A program made the position numbers and the translations under genes. This document shows, piece after piece, positions 56,481 to 64,000 of a DNA stretch of 64,000 nt. Below the pieces are notes generated by a model, which saw only the letters and a list, made by a program, of their open reading frames with translations, was not told where the DNA came from and ran no database searches. This DNA comes from Eledone cirrhosa (taxonomy: Eukaryota), in the NCBI GenBank assembly GCA_964016885.1, contig OZ024747.1, forward strand, positions 15,438,001 to 15,502,000, given 5' to 3'. Position 1 is the stretch's first letter, and every line of letters begins with the position of its first letter.

Positions 56481-59182
56481 TATATACTCTCACTTCCTTC
56501 AGTTATTTCATTGCAGTCATGCTGAGCCCCGCTTGTATGGTTATACACGATTATATCGATTCCAGTAATTATTTTCGTTTTCAATCTGGTATATATATTT
56601 ACACATACGCGCACTTCCATACATACCCCTAACATACGTACACATATATATATGTATGTAAACAGATATGTACAGTTCCGTGTCTTATTATATGTCCAAG
56701 TATGGTTATATGTATGGATATCAATAATTTCAAACATAGACAATTTAAACTGTTAAATAGAAATGCGAATCTTGTTCATTTATTTCCAGGTTACTTTTAC
56801 AGTGTAATAGGGTAAAGGTCTCGTTTAGATGAGAATCGAAACTGCACCACTCACCTTTTACTTTTGTTTTTTTTTTCATTTCGTAACTTTGCACTCTCGT
56901 ACTTATCACATATTCTAAATAATACAAGATTAGTATTTATATGTTTACGAATCTAACCTTAGTGATAACGAAGTGTTGTGAAAGCAGCCCAGCAGAATAA
57001 ATTGATCCCGTAAATATCTGCTTAAAATGATAACATTGTGCTTACTCGAAACCATAAGAGTAGTAATTGTTTTGTTCTTGCCTGTAATTATTTTATGAGA
57101 TAGAGACTGAATTTCTGACGGATTTGACAGCTATGATTACAGATTATGAAACAGCATTAGTACATTAAACATATCTCACGCGGATTTAGATAAATAAGTT
57201 AACAATTATATAGCATACAGTAATCTGTAATTTCATTAGAGACAATCTACAATTAATTAAATAACATTATACTACATATTTATCGCGTTCTTCTGCTGTT
57301 TACTTTCTCTCACCACCTTGCACTTTTACATTTATTCACTGAGTGTTTTCTATTGTTCTGTCTCGTAAACGCTTTTAGGTTTGTCCTGTAACAATAACTG
57401 CATTGCTTTCTCCCCGCTATCTTCACTCATTGCTCCCCATTTTCTCTCTGTTTTTATCTTACTCCCAGAATAAGAGATTGAGGCTATGTTTGTCGTAGCA
57501 GATGGGTCATATAAAAATTAAGAAACGAGCACAAAAATAAAACATAAAATAGAAACAAAGCAAGAAAATAAAGGAAAAGGCACAAAAGAAATTAGAAGCG
57601 TAACTGCAATTGATTGTTTCACTCGAACGAAGACTTAGTAAGCTGAAGACATATACCATTGTGAATACTTCGAATGACATGGACAAAAAAAAAAATCAAT
57701 CGAGCATAAACAGATAGCGACAACGTTTTTATGACTAGATGAATTAACATAAATAAACATATAAAGATTTAACAAAGGAATGAAAAGACCGGCTAAATCA
57801 ATAAGAATGGTCAATGACATTCATCGTTCGTCACTTAACAAAGGATTAAAATAGAGGAGAATGACCATAAAATAAATACATAAATAAATAAATAAACGAG
57901 ATGCGGGAAAACTCTTTACATTCATATGATATTGGTTTTCATCTGATGCTAATCTTGATCTAAAGACATGTGTTATCTATTGTGCACACTTGCGTCACCA
58001 TAAACGTGATAAATGTCTAGTCGTCTATGAAATCTATACGTGCTTATTTGAAATGCCAAAAATAGCAGCTATATCTTCGTCCTATCACAATCAATACTAT
58101 AAGATTGTAAAAACACATTAAGTGGTTTACCGAAATGAACACATTTCAAGTATTTTGATCATAGGTCATCATTCAGTATTAAACAATAGCTAAACAAAAA
58201 AAGAAAGGACTAAATAGGAATGATGAGGCGCGCATTAGTTAATGTAACTCCTAGATACATCATGCCTAATGGTTTAGTGGCGATATTACCACGACTGTTA
58301 ATAGATCTGCTTAAACAGAACAGGCCTGTGGTTAAAAAAAACAATAACATCAACGAGGAGGGAAACATTATGTTAGCAGAAAAAGAGGAGATTGTCACGG
58401 CTGGTTTGTCTTTGATAATAGGTCTGCTCAAATAGGGCAAAGCTAGATCTAAACAATAAAAATATCAACAACAATAACAACAACTTCATGACTATAATAT
58501 GTTCAGGGGTGGGTGGTCAATCATCACAAAACAACAAAGCAATGTGTTTGACAAAAATATTCTATAGCTTTGTTCAGAATTTTTGCTTCATCTTCCTCCT
58601 AGTTGGAGCTTTTCTTTTTCTTTTCTTCATTGAAACCAATACGGTGTCACGTTTATCTCAGCCTGTTTTACATACACCTCATAGTGCCCTCTCTCCTCTT
58701 TAATACACCCATTTATTTTTCTTTGTAACCCCATTTTCTATAATCACATTCATGCGACAATATATTATAATACCCTTATTACAATTTAATGTGTTTTTTT
58801 CTTCTCAATTTTTTTTCTTCCTTTGTCGATTTACTATGATACTTTCCTTTCCTGCTTGTTAAGTCCAGATATAGCAGATTTATGATAAAAAAAACTTTCC
58901 AGTCTAGGCCAACACATCTTATATTCAGATATAGGATATTTAGGACAACATTCTCCAACGTCTTATTTCTATTTGAATACAATAGGTTTAAACTTCAGAG
59001 TCAGGTTCCTGCTATTTCTAGCAGATTGGATAACATAAAAAGTGTCTGACTTGGTCCATTATCTATGCGACTGACGAAGGAATTACGACATAAACAATTG
59101 TTTATTCAATAATTAAGCATAATATACAAACAAATTAAAATACATAAATAAATAATAAAGAAATCATCATTATTATTATTTA

Positions 59183-59630
59183 GGGCGGCGAGGGTGGTGG
59201 ATTGGCAGTATCGATAGAGGATCGGACGGCATGATTTGCAGCATAGAGTTACACCCCTTTATGATCTGAATTCAAATCTCACCGAGGTTAACTTTGATTT
59301 CATCCTTACGGGTTCGATAAAATAAAGTACCAGTCACGCACTGGGGTCGATTTAATCGACCTTCCCCTCCCCAAAAATTACTGGCCTTGTGGCTATTGTA
59401 AAAACCATTATTTAGAAGGACGGTGGATTGGTAGTATCGGTAGAGCGTCGGAAAACATTATTTGCAGAGTTACGGCCCTTTATGTTCTGATTTCAAATCC
59501 CACCGAGATTAGTTTTGCCGTTCATCCTTACGGGGTTGATAAAATAAAAGCACTAGTAATGCACTGGGGTCAATTCAATTGACTTTCCCCTCTTCCAAAT
59601 TGCTGGCCTTGTGCCTAAAGTAGAAATTAT
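59183..59630 (+). mobile_element. Two tandem SINE family A copies
   Basis: A box, B box and family core each occur twice. Confidence 0.88.
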
Positions 59631-60749
59631 TATTGTTACTATTGATGCTAAACTTTTCGAAAAGTGACTTTGAATTATTACCTTATTCTCAAAGAATTAT
59701 GAATGTGCTCATAGAGTTTTTAGACGAAAAACAAGGCCTGTCTTTAAACAATTACTTTTCCTATTTCTCTAAATATGTACATCTAAGTAAAATAGACGCA
59801 ACGCATCTGTAAAGAAGCATTTATTAAATAAAGATGTCTACACAGAAATCAAATAGTGAGAAAAGAAAGCTAACAACATCGAACAAACAGACACACACTT
59901 GGAAAATGACTATGTGGCAGAAGTCAGTGAAAATATTGATTTCAACTTTTGCAAACAACAAAAGCTGTACTCACCCTAATGTCGCTGAGCGTAAAACTAA
60001 GTCATTTTGGGAGAAGTTGTGAAACTGTTGCTCCTTCACTTACCAAAGTTAGGACATGAAGAAAAACTTGGAAGTGGCCTGCCACAATTGATTGTATATT
60101 CCAGTTGGAGGACTTCTACGAAAACGAAGAGAAGTAGCCAACCCCATCATAAGCATAATGAAAATACATTCCCACGCCTGAAAATATAGAGATACTCTAG
60201 AAGCCGCGAAGACGTCGTTTCTGTACAACTGCAACAACCACTCTCTCGTTATGCAATCAGAGTCCACAAAATCACTTCAGCCAAATGTACACAAGCACAT
60301 ACATTGTTCCATTCCCATTGACGGTTCACCGTAAAAAGACTATTCTAAAAATTTAACATAAAAATATTTATTGCATACACACATACATGCGGAGCCCAAT
60401 TTGTCGACCTCCTTACGGTGAGCCCTAGAAACTGATCAATGAACGACAACAACCTCAGATAGTAACAGTTTCATATGCAAGAAGTATATATATATATAAA
60501 GGATATATCGACTTTCGTCAAATCGGACCGTTGTTCTTTCCAGTTGCAAATACTATCTATCGGTCGCAACTCCAGGTAGAAGGAGCAACGTGAAATAAAG
60601 GGTCTTGCTCAAGGACCTTTACGCATTGCCCGGTCCAGGAATCGAACTCACAACCTCAAGATTGTGAATCCAATTCTCTAACCACTCAGCCACACACACA
60701 CACTCACACACGCACACGCATACGCACACGCACACACACACGCACACGC

Positions 60750-60823
<74 letters not shown>

Positions 60824-61830
60824 AGAAAGAGAGACGGAGAGGAGAGAAATAAATGATCTCTTCACATTTTCTGTCTACTAAATATTCCGAGATATTATTA
60901 TATTTATGTGATATTGGTTAATCCATAATTATGCCTTATGCCAGAAAACACATACCGACCGGAATACTTGATGAGATGAAACTCGAAACCACCTAGTTGA
61001 AAATCGAACTCATTCAACATAGAATATAGGAAACACACCACCATACGAAATTACACAATTTTCTTTTTTCTGTAATGCGTATCATAGATACACGCTTTAA
61101 ATGTTTAATTTAGAAGTAAGATCACTCTCATAATGACTAGGAAGGCTCGTCAGTGGTGAATTTTAAATACGTGAATGAACCTGAACCTCCTCTAGAATTA
61201 GTTGGTATTGAGTTTGGTTTGAAGTATTTAGTCATTGAACTGTACAACAATATTCGTCATACTCCACTCACATTGCAGCAATCCTTCTGACGAATATTAT
61301 TTTCTTATAAACTAATGTACGGATTAAGCAGTAGGGGTTGATCACATCTGATAAGTAATGGCCATATATTTTACTGTAGTGTCAATAAGCAAACAAATAA
61401 AAAAACAATAGAATGAAAAGTTTGAATGAAAAATAATATTCTGTTTGTTAGTTCTTCACTTTTTGTTTCATTTAAGAAATAAAGAAGAGTGACAGCTGTA
61501 TACTTTTACTTTTTATTATATTGTGTATCGATCAGCTTTTAGAATTGAATGCTGACATAGCTGAACAGCTGGAAATAGAGACAATGAAGTAAAAAGAAAA
61601 CTATAGACTTCTATGAATTGTATTGTAACGCTAAACACACAAATAAATTCGTAGTTATTATTACTGTGTGTATAAAATCATGAAAAGACAAGATTGCAGA
61701 GTCGAATCAATAGAGAAACACCCAATTGCACTTATAGATACAAGCTTACACAAGGTTATCTTGTGTCTTGGGAATATGTCGCAAATATAAACACCATCAA
61801 TGCTCAGACATACACATGCATAAACCCACG

Positions 61831-61922
<92 letters not shown>

Positions 61923-61980
61923 ATTTTGATATATATATGTATATATATATATATATAAACTTTAATCTGTTATTTTAATA

Positions 61981-62025
<45 letters not shown>

Positions 62026-62029
<4 letters not shown>

Positions 62030-62527
62030 AAGGTTTAGCAAATAGATAAAGAGTTTTAAAATGAATTTTTAAAAGTTCGCTGTACTTATCATATATACCC
62101 TTACCGCGCGCTTTCAAATCCCAAAATAAATGGATAATACAGGCGGACCACCATTGAGAAGGGGATTCTCGTCAGAAGTTTCTTCTCGCGCGGAGAATAT
62201 AAAATTCCCGAGTTCAAATCACAAACTGGCGCCATACAAAACTGTTCCCAGATGATAGTGAATGAGGAAGGGACCAATTCTGGCTAGTGCCGTGTGTAAA
62301 GACAAAAGGCAAGGGCGGACAGGTCAATATCGTGCCACTAGAAATAGCAGCAGTTCAAACGACCAAATCGTTATCTCTACCTTAGGAGTGATTAACAATA
62401 ATAAAGTATGTGTTCCTACGTGTTCCTACATATAGGGATACAAGTATTATCCAACCGTATGCCAATGTGGTTCTATGGCAGGTTAATAAATTAACGAGCC
62501 AGAACATATAAAAACAAGGTTTAGCAA
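62026..62527 (-). mobile_element. 486-bp hammerhead monomer with 16-bp terminal redundancy, in (TA)n
   Basis: aaacaaggtttagcaa at 62026-62041 and 62512-62527. Confidence 0.7.
62099..62178 (-). ncRNA. Type I hammerhead ribozyme
   Basis: Reverse complement reads ctt-CTGACGA-gaatccc...gggattt-GAAA-gcgcgcgg-TA-agg. Stem III is one substitution from the palindrome CCGCGCGG. Confidence 0.75.
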
Positions 62528-63520
<993 letters not shown>

Positions 63521-63654
63521 TAGATGTGTATAATGGTAGCTATGGTGCTTCCATAGGCGGTATGACAAAATTAGCACTAGATATTCAGCAGAGTAGAATG
63601 TAGATAGTATAAAGAAAACGAAAAATCAGTGATGCATCTGGACTTAATTTATTG

Positions 63655-63745
63655 CGTGTTACAAATGTTTCGCCGGCAGGTAGCTGGAGACATAGTCCTT
63701 GTATGGATCTGGATCATTCTACTTCTCCGGGTTTTTTCAGACACG
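63655..63745 (-). ncRNA. Type I hammerhead with a core substitution (CTGAAAA)
   Basis: Reverse complement reads cgtgt-CTGAAAA-aacccgg...ccggc-GAAA-catttg-TA-acacg-c-AATAAA; perfect 5-bp stem I. Confidence 0.7.
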
Positions 63746-64000
63746 GGTGTTTCGTCTGGAGCAAATTTTATCACAGGGGTGTTATCATAAAAAAACACCC
63801 TCAAAAAACCCCTACTTCCACACTTGTCATGCCATTGGCTGTTTTTACTCAACGTCATCACAAGTTCTGGTCAGTATCTGCTGCCACACGTTTGATCAGC
63901 CACTTTCCGTCCGACACATTTTGATGGAGTCATGCTGGGTTCAGTATTTCACACGTCTGTTCACACTTCAGAATAAGCAGCCACACATACTAAAATACAC

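Noticed and set aside
59066-59112. CTGACGA...taaa-caattg-tt hammerhead-like motif (similar weak case at 42497-42533)
   Set aside because: GAAA is mutated and the stems do not pair.

Overview
AT-rich, microsatellite-dense animal genomic DNA. The tRNA-SINE families resemble those of octopus, but that is inferred from recognition, not a search. No intact host gene is evident, and most entries in the ORF track are translations of (TA)n, (CA)n or (GA)n. The window holds two 5'-truncated Penelope-like retroelements of the Naiad type (RT plus GIY-YIG, at ~7950-12380 and ~32784-36770), each with an inverted pseudo-LTR carrying a hammerhead ribozyme. It also holds many non-coding hammerhead-bearing elements inserted in (TA)n. 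By eye I count about 26 type-I hammerhead motifs from about 12 unrelated sequence families. The most striking feature is a 3.3-kb array of a 310-bp, highly structured hammerhead monomer (retrozyme-like) that reverses orientation once at 13691, with 4 copies on the minus strand and ~6.65 on the plus strand. Many insertions share one geometry: fold-back arms with their 3' ends pointing outward into TA repeats. RTE-LINE fragments, SINEs, hAT MITEs and a ~656-bp tandem repeat fill much of the rest.
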